This document shows positions 29,221-40,149 of a DNA stretch of 64,000 bases, piece by piece (the stretch's first letter is position 1; the number at the start of each line of letters is the position of its first letter). A program made the position numbers and the translations under genes. Source of the stretch: an uncultured Actinomycetota bacterium. Lineage in GTDB: Bacteria; Actinomycetota; Actinomycetes; Propionibacteriales; Propionibacteriaceae. The DNA lies in the NCBI GenBank assembly GCA_963769325.1, contig CAVYLH010000003.1, forward strand, positions 866,391 to 930,390, given 5' to 3'. The notes under the pieces were generated by a model that saw only the letters and a list, made by a program, of their open reading frames with translations, searched no databases and was not told where the DNA came from.

Positions 29221-30447
29221 TCACCAGTTGTCAGGCACCCGCTCGTTCTTGGAAACGACAGTGATCCCGCCCTCCACATGGAAGCCCCGAGCGCGGTCGT
29301 GCTCGGCGTTCACACCGATCTCGACCCCGTCCGGAACCACGACGTTCTTGTCGAGGATCGCCCGGCGGACCACAGCATTCCTCCCGATCCGGCACCCCGA
29401 GAAGATCACGGACTCTTCAATCGTTGCCCACTTGTCCACCATCACGTTCGGCGACACGACCGACCTGTCCACGTCGCCACCGGAGATGATGCAGCCGGAC
29501 CCGACGATCGAATCCTCCGCAGTCCCCCGCAAGGTGAACTTCGCCCCAGGAAGCTGTGCCTGTGACGTCCAGATCGGCCACTTGCGGTTGTAGAGGTTGA
29601 ACTCCGGATCGACCGAGACCAGGTCCATGTGCGCGGCGTGGTACGCCTCAATGGTGCCCACGTCGCGCCAGTAATTGCGGTCCTTCTCGGTGGCTCCGGG
29701 AACATCGTTCATGGTGAAGTCGTACACCTGAGCGCGGCCCTGCGAGACGAAGTCAGGAATGATGTTCCCACCCATGTCATGCCGGGAGTCGGGGCTCTCC
29801 GCATCATCGTTGAGAGCCTCAACGAACGACTTCCGTGTGAAGACGTAGTTGCCCATGGATGCGAAGGACTGATCAGGACTGTCCGGGAGTGCCGGAGGGT
29901 CGGCCGGCTTCTCGAGGAAGGCGTTGATCTTGCCGTCTGCGCCAGCATCGATGATGCCGAAGGCGCTGGCCTCGGACCTCGGAACACGGATGCCTGCGAT
30001 CGAGGCGTCCATGCCTGACTCGATGTGGGAGTTCACCATGGCCTCGACATCCATCCGGTAGATGTTGTCGGCTCCGAACACGACCACGTAGTCCGGATCC
30101 TCATCGTTGATGAGATTCATCGACTGGTAGATAGCGTCCGCGCTGCCCTGGTACCACTGTTTGCCCGTCCGCTGCTGAGCGGGAACCGAGGTCACATAGC
30201 TGCCCAGCAGGTTCGACATCCGCCAGGTGAGCGAGATGTGGCGGTCGAGCGAATGCGACTTGTACTGAGTCAGCACGCAGATCTTGGTCAGATCTGAGTT
30301 GGCCAGGTTCGACAGGACGAAGTCGATGAGCCGGTAGGTCCCACCGAATGGAACCGCGGGCTTGGCCCGATCAGCCGTCAACGGCATCAGCCGCTTGCCC
30401 TCGCCGCCGGCGAGGACGATCGAAAGCACATTGGGTCCACTAGTCAT
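29221..30447 (-). CDS. glgC: Glucose-1-phosphate adenylyltransferase
   Basis: [52 protein letters not shown]. Confidence 0.97.
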   Translation of the reverse strand: MTSGPNVLSIVLAGGEGKRLMPLTADRAKPAVPFGGTYRLIDFVLSNLANSDLTKICVLTQYKSHSLDRHISLTWRMSNLLGSYVTSVPAQQRTGKQWYQGSADAIYQSMNLINDEDPDYVVVFGADNIYRMDVEAMVNSHIESGMDASIAGIRVPRSEASAFGIIDAGADGKINAFLEKPADPPALPDSPDQSFASMGNYVFTRKSFVEALNDDAESPDSRHDMGGNIIPDFVSQGRAQVYDFTMNDVPGATEKDRNYWRDVGTIEAYHAAHMDLVSVDPEFNLYNRKWPIWTSQAQLPGAKFTLRGTAEDSIVGSGCIISGGDVDRSVVSPNVMVDKWATIEESVIFSGCRIGRNAVVRRAILDKNVVVPDGVEIGVNAEHDRARGFHVEGGITVVSKNERVPDNW

Positions 30448-30583
30448 GCCACTGAACCTAGGACCTACGCGAGGCCGCCACAAGAAAACCGAGGAAATGA
30501 CCCGGACAAGACCCACCGCGCAAGCGGGTGCGGATCCGCGCAGAACCGAGCGCGCCAGGCGGATTCTGTGACACGATCGCGGC

Positions 30584-31780
30584 ATGGCACTGCGAGTCTC
30601 AATTCTCACTCGGGAGTACCCTCCCCACATCTACGGCGGCGCCGGCGTCCACGTCGGACAATTGGTGCCCCAACTGCGGAAGTTCGCCGACAGCGTCGAA
30701 GTGCAATGCATGGGGGAGCCCCGTGAAGGCGCGACCGCCCATGCTGAGGACTACCCGGCCGGAGCCAACGCGGCGCTGCGGGTCCTGGGCGCCGATGTGT
30801 CGATGGCCGCCGCCATTGGCGACGTGGACGTGATCCACTCCCACACCTGGTACGCCAACTTCGCCGGCCTGATCGGCTCCAAGTTCCTGGACGTGCCCCA
30901 CGTGGTCACGTCACACTCCCTGGAACCGCACCGGCCCTGGAAGGCGGAACAGCTCGCTGGTGGCTATCGCGTGTCGTCCTGGGCGGAGAAGACAGCTTTC
31001 GAGGACGCTGCCGCGGTGATCTCTGTGAGTCAGGGGATGCGCAGGGATGTCCTCGACTCCTACAGCGACCTCGATCCCGACCGCGTGTTCGTCGTCAAGA
31101 ACGGGATCGATCCCGACGAGTTCAAGCCGGACACCGGCACCGATGTCGTGGACAGCCTCGGCGTGAACCGCGACCTGCCGCTGGTGGTGTTCGTGGGAAG
31201 GATTACCCGACAGAAGGGCCTGGTGCACCTCGTCCGTGCAGCTCGGGATTTCGACCCCGACACCCAACTGCTGCTGCTGGCCGGCGCACCCGATACGCCA
31301 CAGATCGCCGCCGAGTTCGACGCGGCGTTCGCTGACCTCAATCAGGCTCGCTCCGGCAAAGTGACGTGGGTGCAGGAGATGCTGCCTCGGGCCTCCGTAC
31401 GGCAGGTACTCACCCACGCGACGGTGTTCGCATGCCCATCGGTGTACGAGCCGCTCGGAATCGTCAACCTGGAGGCCATGGCCTGCGAGACCGCCGTTGT
31501 GGCGTCCGCTGTCGGAGGCATCCCCGAGGTGGTCGTCGACGGCGACACCGGGACATTGGTGCCCTACGACCCCAAGCAGGCCGACGACCCTGCGTTCGTG
31601 TCCGCCTTCGAGGCTCAGTTCGCGGCAGCGATCAACCGCATCACTCGGGATCCTGCGCTCGCTGAGCGGTATGGCAAGGCCGGCAGGCAGCGGTGCGTCG
31701 ACGAGTTCTCCTGGGAGAAGATCGCCCGGGAGACCATCGCCGTCTACGAGCGGGCCATCGCCTTCCACCAATCACGCTGA
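30584..31780 (+). CDS. glgA: Actinobacterial GlgA/GlgM glucosyltransferase (maltose-1-phosphate synthase type)
   Basis: [57 protein letters not shown]. Confidence 0.95.
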   Translation: MALRVSILTREYPPHIYGGAGVHVGQLVPQLRKFADSVEVQCMGEPREGATAHAEDYPAGANAALRVLGADVSMAAAIGDVDVIHSHTWYANFAGLIGSKFLDVPHVVTSHSLEPHRPWKAEQLAGGYRVSSWAEKTAFEDAAAVISVSQGMRRDVLDSYSDLDPDRVFVVKNGIDPDEFKPDTGTDVVDSLGVNRDLPLVVFVGRITRQKGLVHLVRAARDFDPDTQLLLLAGAPDTPQIAAEFDAAFADLNQARSGKVTWVQEMLPRASVRQVLTHATVFACPSVYEPLGIVNLEAMACETAVVASAVGGIPEVVVDGDTGTLVPYDPKQADDPAFVSAFEAQFAAAINRITRDPALAERYGKAGRQRCVDEFSWEKIARETIAVYERAIAFHQSR

Positions 31781-31788
31781 GACAAGAC

Positions 31789-31822
31789 CGAGGGGCCCCG
31801 GGAATTTTCCCGGGGCCCCTCG
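31789..31822. terminator. Hairpin between convergent glgA and DUF3117
   Basis: CGAGGGGCCCCGGGAA-TT-TTCCCGGGGCCCCTCG, perfect stem. Confidence 0.8.
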
Positions 31823-31835
31823 CAATGCTCGGAGT

Positions 31836-32006
31836 TCAGGCGACGACGACACCCTCCAACGCTGCCTTCAGCTCGGCTGCCTCGGTGGCATTCATCTCGA
31901 TGACCAGGCGTCCGCCGCCCTCTGCCGGGATGCGCATGGCAATCACGCGACCCTCCTTGGCCACCTCGATCGGCCCGTCGCCGGTGCGGGGTTTCATCGC
32001 TGCCAT
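31836..32006 (-). CDS. DUF3117 protein
   Basis: MAAMKPRTGDGPIEVAKEGR...GGGRLVIE. Confidence 0.93.
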   Translation of the reverse strand: MAAMKPRTGDGPIEVAKEGRVIAMRIPAEGGGRLVIEMNATEAAELKAALEGVVVA

Positions 32007-32104
32007 CACATACCTCAATCTCTGGCGGGTTCGGTTATAACTTCCGTCCATTATCCCACCCCGCGGACCCGGTCGCGGCACCGGACCAGACGCGGCAAGC
32101 GGGG

Positions 32105-32371
32105 TCAGACGCTCGGCTGGTCGGGAGCGGGGCGAGCATCCAGTTCGCGTGCCACTCGATCCAGTAACTCGTCGACCTGCTGCATGGAATAGCCGCGGGT
32201 CACGACAGCGAACCGCAGACTGCGGAGAGCGTCGCCGTCGAGGCGTCCGTCAGGAACGTGCGGGCGGGGTGTGTCAGTGACCGTGGGCGGCATTTCGCCC
32301 AGTCGGCCGCTGGCGGCCACCGCCGCCAGGCCAAGGATCGCCACCGCGATCATCCACAACGCCCACTCCAT
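32105..32371 (-). CDS. DivIVA-domain small membrane protein
   Basis: N-terminal TM, then LRFAVVTRGYSMQQVDELLDRV. Confidence 0.85.
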   Translation of the reverse strand: MEWALWMIAVAILGLAAVAASGRLGEMPPTVTDTPRPHVPDGRLDGDALRSLRFAVVTRGYSMQQVDELLDRVARELDARPAPDQPSV

Positions 32372-32440
32372 GCGCCGAACTCTACTCAGACCAGAAACCT
32401 GAGACCCCCGATCGACTACCCGCACTCTCCACACCGGATT

Positions 32441-32516
32441 GGGACATTCCGATCATCCAAGCCCCGCGAAGGACCACCAAAGCGGGTTCGGCGGCATCCA
32501 CCGGCGGGGATGTCCC
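32441..32516. repeat. 76-bp GGGACA...TGTCCC dispersed element
   Basis: GGGACATTCC...CATCCACCGGCGGGGATGTCCC; intergenic. Confidence 0.75.
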
Positions 32517-32657
32517 ATTCGTGTCGAGCCGCAGCCCGGGTGGACGCGGGGTGATCGATCTGGGCCCGGTAGCACGCGTCACCTCGCCCGCCCTCCTCAC
32601 ATCGGTGCGTCGTGAGGCTCCTCGGAACCGGTCGGTGCGTGTCGATCGAATCGGCGA

Positions 32658-33461
32658 TCAGGACATCTGGGCCGACGACTCCGGACGCGGAGCCGGCCCA
32701 GGACTCGTGACCAGCGAGACGGCCTCATCCGCATCGTCCGTGAGCTGGATCAGGCTCCGATCGCTCGGGGAGACATAGTCGTGAGCCAGGACCTGGTCGT
32801 TGAGCCAGTTCAGCATAGGCGACCAGAACTCGGTGCCGAAAAGCACGATGGGAAAGGAGGTGACCTTACGGGTCTGGACCAAGGTGAGCGCCTCAAACAC
32901 CTCGTCGAACGTGCCGAAGCCGCCAGGCATCACCACGAAGCCCTGCGAATACTTCAGGAACATCACCTTGCGGGCGAAGAAGTATCGGAAGTTGATACCC
33001 AGCGATACGTACTTGTTCAGTGATTGCTCGAACGGCAACTCGATACCGAGCCCGACCGAGACCCCCCCGGCCTCAAGTGCGCCCTTGTTGGCGGCTTCCA
33101 TGATTCCTGGTCCGCCCCCCGTGAGGGTGGCGTAGCCCGCCTCGGCCAGACCCCGCCCTATCCGCGTCGCTGCGGTGTACATCGGGTCCTTTCTCGGCGT
33201 GCGAGCCGACCCGAAGACCCCGATCCCAGCGCCGATCTCAGCGAGAGTGCCGAACCCTTCCACGAACTCCGCCTGGATCCGCAGAACCCGCCATGGGTCG
33301 GAGTGCACCCAGGCCCCATCACCCTTGTTGCTGAGCAGCCGCTGGTCGGTGGTCGTGGGAAGCACCTGGTCGTGGCGGCGGATGACGGGGCCCTGGGTGC
33401 GAACGCGTTTGGTCACACCAGCCAATCTAGACGGCCCGCGCTGAACCTCAACGACAGTCAT
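32658..33461 (-). CDS. LOG-family (TIGR00730) phosphoribohydrolase
   Basis: DPWRVLRIQAEFVEGF, VFGSAR, TGGGPGIMEA, PGGFGTFDE. Confidence 0.93.
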   Translation of the reverse strand: MTVVEVQRGPSRLAGVTKRVRTQGPVIRRHDQVLPTTTDQRLLSNKGDGAWVHSDPWRVLRIQAEFVEGFGTLAEIGAGIGVFGSARTPRKDPMYTAATRIGRGLAEAGYATLTGGGPGIMEAANKGALEAGGVSVGLGIELPFEQSLNKYVSLGINFRYFFARKVMFLKYSQGFVVMPGGFGTFDEVFEALTLVQTRKVTSFPIVLFGTEFWSPMLNWLNDQVLAHDYVSPSDRSLIQLTDDADEAVSLVTSPGPAPRPESSAQMS

Positions 33462-33766
33462 CGCCAGACGGCCGCGGCCGCCCGCGAGCAGTGGCTCTCG
33501 GCGCGCAATGGGGATCGCCAGCCCTCGCCAATCTCAGCGGCAAGGCTCCGGTGATCGACACCTTCACCAAGCAGAGCCGGTCGGTGAGGTCTCTCCGGGT
33601 TCTCCTCCTCCAGCTTCGGCCTGCCGCTCCCCCGTTCGGGGCGATGGTCTCGTGTCTGAGCGGGAGGATCACATCGACGGCCGCATGCCTGGGTGCATGC
33701 TCAAGGCTTTCGCGCCCTCGATCAACAAAAGCCCCCGCGGTCTCCTGTGCACTTCCGATTCCCGAA

Positions 33767-34666
33767 TCAGGGCGGCGGAGTCGTCGATCCCACTCGAATC
33801 CGGCGACGCCGCGCGGGAAGGCTCGCCAACGTGGCCCGAATAGTGTCCGCCACGGCCGCCCCGTCGGCCAGCATGGCCCAGGTGAGGTGCAGCACCGTCC
33901 ACCCGTCTGCCGCCAGGTCGTTGTGCCGATGGCGGTCGTTCTCGAACGCCTGGCGGCTGCTGTGGAACTCGTAGCCGTCGACTTCGAGGGCCAACGGCTG
34001 CGTGTCGAACGCGACATCCAGCCAGTAACGAGCGCCGCGGGCGATGACCTCAGAATTCGCTGTCCAACCACCGATTCGGTGACGTTCCAGCAACTCGTGC
34101 AGGGTCCGTTCGGCCTGCGACCATGGTCGGGTCCGGGAACGGCGCACCACCCGGCGGCGGACCGGGTTGCCCACCCGTCCCGGACACGCCGCAAGCGCGG
34201 CCTGGATGTCCTCGAGCCGGTGACGCATTCGCAGCAGGTCATCGATCCGGTCGCCGCGGTCGGCACCGGCGGCGTCCACCGCCACCAGAGGCGCGGCAAG
34301 AAAGGCAAGGCCGCCACCGTGCTGGACCAATTCCGGCGGCACGCTCCGCCTCGTGAAGCGGTAGCCGGGCTTGGACACTCTGCGACCAGAGGTGGCCGCC
34401 TCGATCAGAGTCACACTCTCCCGTGGCCAAGCGGTGAGACGGGCCGCCGCTGAGCCGACGATCACAGCATCCGGCACCCTCGCGGCCAATGCTCGAAGCC
34501 GAAGCTGCAAGTCGCCTTGTGCCGCCGGATGCACATAGACCCCCGGCAGTAGTCGCACCAGCCGCCCGGCTCGGCACCAACGGCTGAGACTGGATTTTCG
34601 TGAGCGGTGCTCTCGCGCCAGGAGAATTCCGCCACCGGCGCCCAACAGGGCATCCAGATCGATCAC
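33767..34666 (-). CDS. DUF559 (Vsr-like PD-(D/E)XK nuclease) protein with an AbiEi-like N-terminus
   Basis: N-terminal RAGRLVRLLPGVYV; C-terminal WSQAERTL...WTAN...YWLDVAF...LALEVDGYEFHS...FENDRHRHNDL...GWTVLHLTW. Confidence 0.85.
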   Translation of the reverse strand: MIDLDALLGAGGGILLAREHRSRKSSLSRWCRAGRLVRLLPGVYVHPAAQGDLQLRLRALAARVPDAVIVGSAAARLTAWPRESVTLIEAATSGRRVSKPGYRFTRRSVPPELVQHGGGLAFLAAPLVAVDAAGADRGDRIDDLLRMRHRLEDIQAALAACPGRVGNPVRRRVVRRSRTRPWSQAERTLHELLERHRIGGWTANSEVIARGARYWLDVAFDTQPLALEVDGYEFHSSRQAFENDRHRHNDLAADGWTVLHLTWAMLADGAAVADTIRATLASLPARRRRIRVGSTTPPP

Positions 34667-34719
34667 GCCCGTCACTATCGGGATCACGCACCACAGCAGT
34701 GTCACCAGCGTCGCCCGAG

Positions 34720-34754
34720 TGTGGACAACTGGACCTGCCGGATGGTTCTCCACA
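34720..34754. promoter_or_regulatory. Inverted pair of DnaA-box-like 9-mers upstream of DUF559
   Basis: TGTGGACAAC (reverse complement contains TTGTCCACA) at 34720-34729 and GTTCTCCACA at 34745-34754. Confidence 0.5.
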
Positions 34755-34762
34755 GCTACTGC

Positions 34763-34839
34763 GGGACAAACCTGCCCCTGGCCCAGCTGTTCCAGCGCGA
34801 AATCAGGCCACCGAGCAAACGAGGCGCGACAGATGTCCC
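34763..34839. repeat. 77-bp GGGACA...TGTCCC dispersed element
   Basis: GGGACAAACCTGCCCCTGG...GACAGATGTCCC, between the aminotransferase stop and the DUF559 start. Confidence 0.75.
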
Positions 34840-34865
34840 GATCCACGCCGGGCTGGACCGATGGG

Positions 34866-35930
34866 CTACTGCGCGATCGCGGCCAACACGAGGTCGACGT
34901 CTGCGTCGGTGTTCCACACGTGGAATGCGGCTCGGACGCGCCCGGCCCGACCGGAGGCCCGGATGCCCGCAGAGGTCAGCCGGCCCAACTGGACGGAGCC
35001 TGGGTCAGACCAGGTCACGATCGCCTGGTGCTGCTCCGGGATTCCGAGACCGCGGCACAGCCGGTCGCCGAGGGTCGACGCGTAGGCCCACAGCTCACCG
35101 ATGTCTGCGCCGGCGAACATCCGAATCGATTCCTCCGCCCCCACGAAGGCCTGCCACGCGGGCGATACATCGAACCGGCGAGCGTCAGAAGCCAGTGCCA
35201 TCTGCGTGCCGTAGATGCTGGTCCACGGATCATCTCCGGCGTACCAGCCGGCCGCGACCGGCCTCAGCCGCTCGGCGAACTCCTCCGAGACCGTCAGGAA
35301 CGCGACCCCCCGCGGTGCGCACAGCCACTTGTAGGCGTGAGTAACCGTCACGTCGAAACGGGAGGCGTCCACGGGGAACACCCCTGCCGCCTGCGTCAGG
35401 TCGGCGAGCGTTGCCGCACCTTGCCGAGACGCGGACGCGGTGATGGCGTCAACGTCCGCGACCTGACCGGTGGCCGACTGGACCAGGGAGAACGCCACGA
35501 GAGCGGTTCGCTCGGTGATCGCCGAGGCCAGGTCCGCCAACGGCGCAGTCCGGACGTTCAGCCGTCCGCCGACTTGGAACGGGTACACGATGGAGGTGAA
35601 GTCCCCATCGGCCACCAGAACCTCACACCCGTCCGGCAATCCCGCAGCCACATTCGCGACCAACGCCGAGGTCTGGGAACCGATGGCCACCCGATCGACG
35701 CCCACCCGGACAAGCCGCGCATACTCGGCCCGAGTGCGCGCGACGACTCCGTCGTAGTCTCCGGGGCTGGCCAGACCACTCCGCCAGCGATCCAGATCGG
35801 CTCGCAGTGCAGTCACCGCCGACCGCGGCGGCACCCCACAGGTGGCTGCGGCCAGGTAGCCGGGCGCGACATCGAACTCACTGGCCAGGCGGGGCACCGA
35901 CGGTGCTGGCGACATCAGTGTGATGGACAT
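34866..35930 (-). CDS. Class V PLP-dependent aminotransferase/lyase
   Basis: YLAAATCG, DFTSIVYPF, SLVQSATG, DLTQAAG, HAYKWLCAPRG, RAAFHVWN. Confidence 0.9.
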   Translation of the reverse strand: MSITLMSPAPSVPRLASEFDVAPGYLAAATCGVPPRSAVTALRADLDRWRSGLASPGDYDGVVARTRAEYARLVRVGVDRVAIGSQTSALVANVAAGLPDGCEVLVADGDFTSIVYPFQVGGRLNVRTAPLADLASAITERTALVAFSLVQSATGQVADVDAITASASRQGAATLADLTQAAGVFPVDASRFDVTVTHAYKWLCAPRGVAFLTVSEEFAERLRPVAAGWYAGDDPWTSIYGTQMALASDARRFDVSPAWQAFVGAEESIRMFAGADIGELWAYASTLGDRLCRGLGIPEQHQAIVTWSDPGSVQLGRLTSAGIRASGRAGRVRAAFHVWNTDADVDLVLAAIAQ

Positions 35931-36000
35931 GGCTCAAGCGTGCCGTCCCGTCAGGAATCACACCAGAGCATGTTTTCAACCACTTCGATAACCTTTCCGC

Positions 36001-36963
36001 ATGCTTGACGCCAGGCTCGACCTGCACACCGTCCGGATCGTTCAAGCGGTCGCTGAACATGGCTCGATCACGGCGGCGGCCAACGCTCTGGGCTACAGCC
36101 AGCCCGCCCTCAGCCAGCATCTGCGTCGCGCGGAGGCGAGACTGGGAGCACCGCTCATCCTTCGGGTGGGACGCGGAGTCCGACTCACCGAGCCCGGACG
36201 CGTCGTTGCCCGGCATTCGGGACCCATCCTGGCCGCCCTCAACGCGGCGGGAGACGAGTTGGCCCGGCTGGTGGAGCACTCGGCCGGCACCGTACGGGTG
36301 GCTGCTTTTCCCAGCGCCTCATCCACCATCGTCCCGGCCCTGATCGCCCGCCTCGCTGAGGACCGTCCCGCGTTGCAGCTGGTCTACACCGAGGCCGAGC
36401 CACCCGAGGCGCTGGCGATGCTGGCCGACGGGAGCATCGACGTCGCGGTCACCTTCAGCTATCCCGGCGACCCGTCCGATCCTCACCAGGACGTGGTAGG
36501 CGCATCCGTCATCCCCCTGTTCGATGATCCGGTGGCGGTGATCCTTCGGAACGATCACCCCCTCTCCGGCCAGGGCATCGTCAGTCTCGAGCAACTCGCG
36601 GGCGATCCCTGGATCGCCGGCTGTCAGCTGTGCCGGGGTCACCTCCTGGCCGCGTGCGGCGCACTCGGCGTCACACCACGGATCGCCCACGCCACCGACA
36701 ACTCGGTAGCCGTACTCAGCCTCGTCGCCGCGGGCGTGGGAGTGGCGCTCCAGCCCGGACTGGCACTGGAACCCCTGGAACTGCCCAGCGGGACAGGCGC
36801 GCACGCGGTGCGACCCAGCAGCGACCGGCGGGTACGCGCAGTGCACACCCGCGGCGCGGAGGCCGTACCGACGGTGGCCGGCGTGCTCAGCACCCTGCTC
36901 GCCGTCACCGCGAACCGAAGGGTTCAACCGAGCCAGCGCAGGAGTGCATCCTGGCAGCTATAG
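36001..36963 (+). CDS. LysR-family regulator
   Basis: [25 protein letters not shown]...GVRLTEPG; divergent from the aminotransferase. Confidence 0.93.
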   Translation: MLDARLDLHTVRIVQAVAEHGSITAAANALGYSQPALSQHLRRAEARLGAPLILRVGRGVRLTEPGRVVARHSGPILAALNAAGDELARLVEHSAGTVRVAAFPSASSTIVPALIARLAEDRPALQLVYTEAEPPEALAMLADGSIDVAVTFSYPGDPSDPHQDVVGASVIPLFDDPVAVILRNDHPLSGQGIVSLEQLAGDPWIAGCQLCRGHLLAACGALGVTPRIAHATDNSVAVLSLVAAGVGVALQPGLALEPLELPSGTGAHAVRPSSDRRVRAVHTRGAEAVPTVAGVLSTLLAVTANRRVQPSQRRSASWQL

Positions 36964-37979
36964 AGATCAGCCACAGGGCAGCATTCGTCGTCGGCGTGGG
37001 CCTTCCCAGGGTCGGCCGGCCCGAAATTCACCGCCGGGATTCCCAGAGCCGCGAACCGAGCAACGTCCGTCCACCCATATTTGGGACGGGGAACGCCACC
37101 GACGGCAGCCAGGAATTCCTTCGCGATCGGACGCCCCAGGCCGGGTCGAGCGCCCAGGGCGAAGTCGGTGACATGGAGCGGGTAACCGTCGAACACCTCT
37201 CGACAATGCTCCAGCGCGCCCTCCTCGTCGCGGTCGGGGGCGAAGCGGAAGTTGACCGTCACGATGCACGAGTCCGGAATCACATTGCCGGCGATGCCGC
37301 CGGTGATGCCCACAGCGTTGAGCCCCTCCCGATAGGTGAGCCCGTCGACGTCCACCTGGCGCGGCTGGTAGGCGACCAGCCGAGCCAGGACATCCGAGGC
37401 ATCGTGGATGGCGTTGTGGCCCAGCCAGGACCGCGCCGAATGAGCAGTCACGCCGCGGGTGGTCACGGTGAAGCGAAGCGTTCCCTGGCAGCCGCCCTCG
37501 ACCTGTGCGCCGGTGGGTTCCATCAGTACCGCGAAGTCGGCGTGGAGCCACTCGGGGTGCTCCCGGGCGATCCTGGTCAACGAATTCTCCTCGGCGGCCA
37601 CCTCCTCGTGGTCATAGAAGATCCAGGTGACGTCCCGGCGGGGGGCCTCCAATGCGACCGCGCAGGCCAGGGCCACCGCAACGCCGCCCTTCATGTCGGC
37701 CGTCCCCCGCCCGTAGACAAGGTCTCCCTCACGACGAGACGGCAGGTTGGCCGCGATCGGGACCGTGTCCAGATGGCCGGCGATCACCACCCTTTCGGGC
37801 CGGCCAAGATCGGTGCGCGCGATCACTGTGTCACCATCGCGAATCACCCGGAGATGAGGGCTGGAACGCAGCGCGGCCTCGACCAGGTCGGCCAGTTCGC
37901 GCTCGCCGCCGCTCACCGACTCGACGTCCACCACCTGACGAAAGAGCGCCACCAGGTCGCCGGTCGGGTGCAGGCTCAT
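36924..37979 (-). CDS. dapE: Succinyl-diaminopimelate desuccinylase
   Basis: [47 protein letters not shown]. Confidence 0.95.
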   Translation of the reverse strand: MSLHPTGDLVALFRQVVDVESVSGGERELADLVEAALRSSPHLRVIRDGDTVIARTDLGRPERVVIAGHLDTVPIAANLPSRREGDLVYGRGTADMKGGVAVALACAVALEAPRRDVTWIFYDHEEVAAEENSLTRIAREHPEWLHADFAVLMEPTGAQVEGGCQGTLRFTVTTRGVTAHSARSWLGHNAIHDASDVLARLVAYQPRQVDVDGLTYREGLNAVGITGGIAGNVIPDSCIVTVNFRFAPDRDEEGALEHCREVFDGYPLHVTDFALGARPGLGRPIAKEFLAAVGGVPRPKYGWTDVARFAALGIPAVNFGPADPGKAHADDECCPVADLYSCQDALLRWLG

Positions 37980-38162
37980 GGGCCAACCCTAGCGATCCTT
38001 TGTCGCCGACGTTCGAGCGGATGCCTCGCGAAGCCGACGAGGCAGGGAGACCAGGAAATGGTGACCCGGCAGAACGCCGCGAGGCGCACGTATCCGGGTC
38101 GCGCGGTGGGCGAAGGTAGGCCACCCGGGCGGCAACTTCGCCGCCCCGGTAGGCTGACCGGC

Positions 38163-39089
38163 ATGACCCGATCTGCGCACGGCTGGGGCCTGTCTACGGT
38201 TCACGAGTCCGGCCAGGTCCTCGACACCTGGTTCCCGGCTCCGTCTCTCGGCCCGGCGTCCGCGGATGATGATCCTCCCCAGGCCTTGGTGGCAGCGTCC
38301 CGGCGAGACGACGAGCGGCGAGTACACCAGAGCCCCCAGCTTGTGGAGATCGACCTCGGCACGCCGCCATCCGATGTACCGGACGTGTACCTGCGACTGC
38401 ACCTGCTGAGTGCCCGGCTCTGCCGCCCGCGAACCATCGACCTCACCGGCGTCTTCTCGATCCTGCCGAATGTCGCCTGGACCAATTTCGGACCGGCCGC
38501 GGTGGACGACTTCGAGACCACCCGCCTGGCGCTCCGCTCGGCGCGGGGCCCGGTGACGGTGTTCGGAGTGGACAAATTCCCACGGATGACCGACTACGTG
38601 GTGCCCAGCGGGATCAGAATCGCCGACTCCGACCGGGTCAGGCTGGGCGCCCACCTCGCGTCCGGCACCACGGTGATGCACGAAGGTTTCGTCAACTTCA
38701 ACGCCGGCACCTTGGGTTCCTCCATGGTGGAGGGTCGGATTTCGGCCGGGGTTGTGGTCGGTGACGGCTCTGACATCGGCGGCGGAGCCTCCATCATGGG
38801 GACGCTATCCGGTGGCGGTCAGGAGCAGATCACGATCGGCGAGCGCTGCCTGCTGGGGGCAGAATCGGGCGTCGGCATCTCCCTCGGCGATGACTGCGTG
38901 GTCGAGGCCGGCCTGTACGTCACCGCCGGAACGAAGGTGTCGCTTCCTGGCGGGGCGGTGGTGAAGGCAGCTCAGCTGAGCGGTCGCAGCGGGTTATTGT
39001 TCCTGCGAAATTCGCTCACTGGAGCGGTGGAGGCCCGCAACCGCCCGGGCACCGGCGTCGAACTCAACGCGGCACTGCACGCCAATTGA
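38163..39089 (+). CDS. dapD: Tetrahydrodipicolinate N-succinyltransferase
   Basis: [53 protein letters not shown]. Confidence 0.95.
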   Translation: MTRSAHGWGLSTVHESGQVLDTWFPAPSLGPASADDDPPQALVAASRRDDERRVHQSPQLVEIDLGTPPSDVPDVYLRLHLLSARLCRPRTIDLTGVFSILPNVAWTNFGPAAVDDFETTRLALRSARGPVTVFGVDKFPRMTDYVVPSGIRIADSDRVRLGAHLASGTTVMHEGFVNFNAGTLGSSMVEGRISAGVVVGDGSDIGGGASIMGTLSGGGQEQITIGERCLLGAESGVGISLGDDCVVEAGLYVTAGTKVSLPGGAVVKAAQLSGRSGLLFLRNSLTGAVEARNRPGTGVELNAALHAN

Positions 39090-39096
39090 GGCGGCG

Positions 39097-39957
39097 GTGA
39101 AGCGGGTTCGCGCGGCACTCTGGATCGTCGCTGGAATCGTCGTCGTCCTGGCCCTGATCGCCGGAGGGGTTGTCCTATGGTCGACCTACACCAAGACGCC
39201 GCTGCCGCTCGAAGACCGCTGCATGGCCACCGCGGGTGGCAGGACCACCATCATCGATCCGGAGCAGGCACGAAACGCGGCCATCATCGCCGGAATGTCG
39301 ATCAAGCGCGGACTGGCGCCGCGGGCGGCGTCCATCGCCCTGGCGACCGCGTACCAGGAGTCCGGGCTGCGCAATCTCGACTACGGCCACTCCGACTCGA
39401 TCGGCCTCTTCCAGCAGCGTCCGTCAAAGGGGTGGGGCACCGTGGAGGAGATCATGAATCCGTGGTATTCCACCCGGGAGTTCTACCGCGCCATGGAGCG
39501 GATCAAGAGCTGGAAGACCAAGGACATCAATGATGTCGCCCAGGCGGTGCAGCGCAGCGCCTACCCCGAGGCGTACCGGCAGCATGTCCCGAATGCCAAG
39601 ACGCTGGCTAGTTCGCTGACCGGCGAAACCCCCGCCTCGTTCACCTGTGTGATCAACTCACCAGCGTCCGCTGACCCGGAGGGAATGAGCACGTTCCTCA
39701 CGAAGACCTTGGGCACCGATCACGTCTCGACCTCCGCTCACGACGCCACGCTCACCGTGACGGCCGACGACCCCGATAAGGCGTGGGCGGTTGCTCATCT
39801 GGCGATTGCCAACACCGAAAGCTACGGCCTGATCTCTGTGACCGTCGGGCCCTATACCTGGACACATTCCACAACCACTCTGGCCCAGTGGCAGGGCCAG
39901 GGACCGAGCACGGCGACCTCAGTGAGGCTGGTCTTCGCCGGACCCAGCCCGCGCTGA
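39097..39957 (+). CDS. Secreted or membrane-anchored protein with a lysozyme-like domain
   Basis: N-terminal TM; IALATAYQESGLRNLDYG..DSIGLFQQRPSKGWGT, AQAVQRSAYP. Confidence 0.8.
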   Translation: MKRVRAALWIVAGIVVVLALIAGGVVLWSTYTKTPLPLEDRCMATAGGRTTIIDPEQARNAAIIAGMSIKRGLAPRAASIALATAYQESGLRNLDYGHSDSIGLFQQRPSKGWGTVEEIMNPWYSTREFYRAMERIKSWKTKDINDVAQAVQRSAYPEAYRQHVPNAKTLASSLTGETPASFTCVINSPASADPEGMSTFLTKTLGTDHVSTSAHDATLTVTADDPDKAWAVAHLAIANTESYGLISVTVGPYTWTHSTTTLAQWQGQGPSTATSVRLVFAGPSPR

Positions 39958-40021
39958 GGCCTGCCACCTGACCTCAGGCGCCTCCGACAGCCAGCTCGGA
40001 GTCGGGTGTGTTGGGGGGAAC

Positions 40022-40096
40022 GGGACAAATCGGCCGCCCACCGCCCGAGCAAGCCCGCCGCGGACCGATCAAACGATCCAGCGGCAAAGATGTCCC
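40022..40096. repeat. 75-bp GGGACA...TGTCCC dispersed element
   Basis: GGGACAAATCGGCC...GATCCAGCGGCAAAGATGTCCC; between convergent genes. Confidence 0.78.
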
Positions 40097-40149
40097 GGAT
40101 TGGCCGGTACGTGCGCCAGACCACGCTTCCCCAGCGGGACCAGATCGCC

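Noticed and set aside
36630-38162. Long N-terminal extension of DapD (819-aa ORF)
   Set aside because: Overlaps dapE on the opposite strand; DapD homology begins at ATG 38163.
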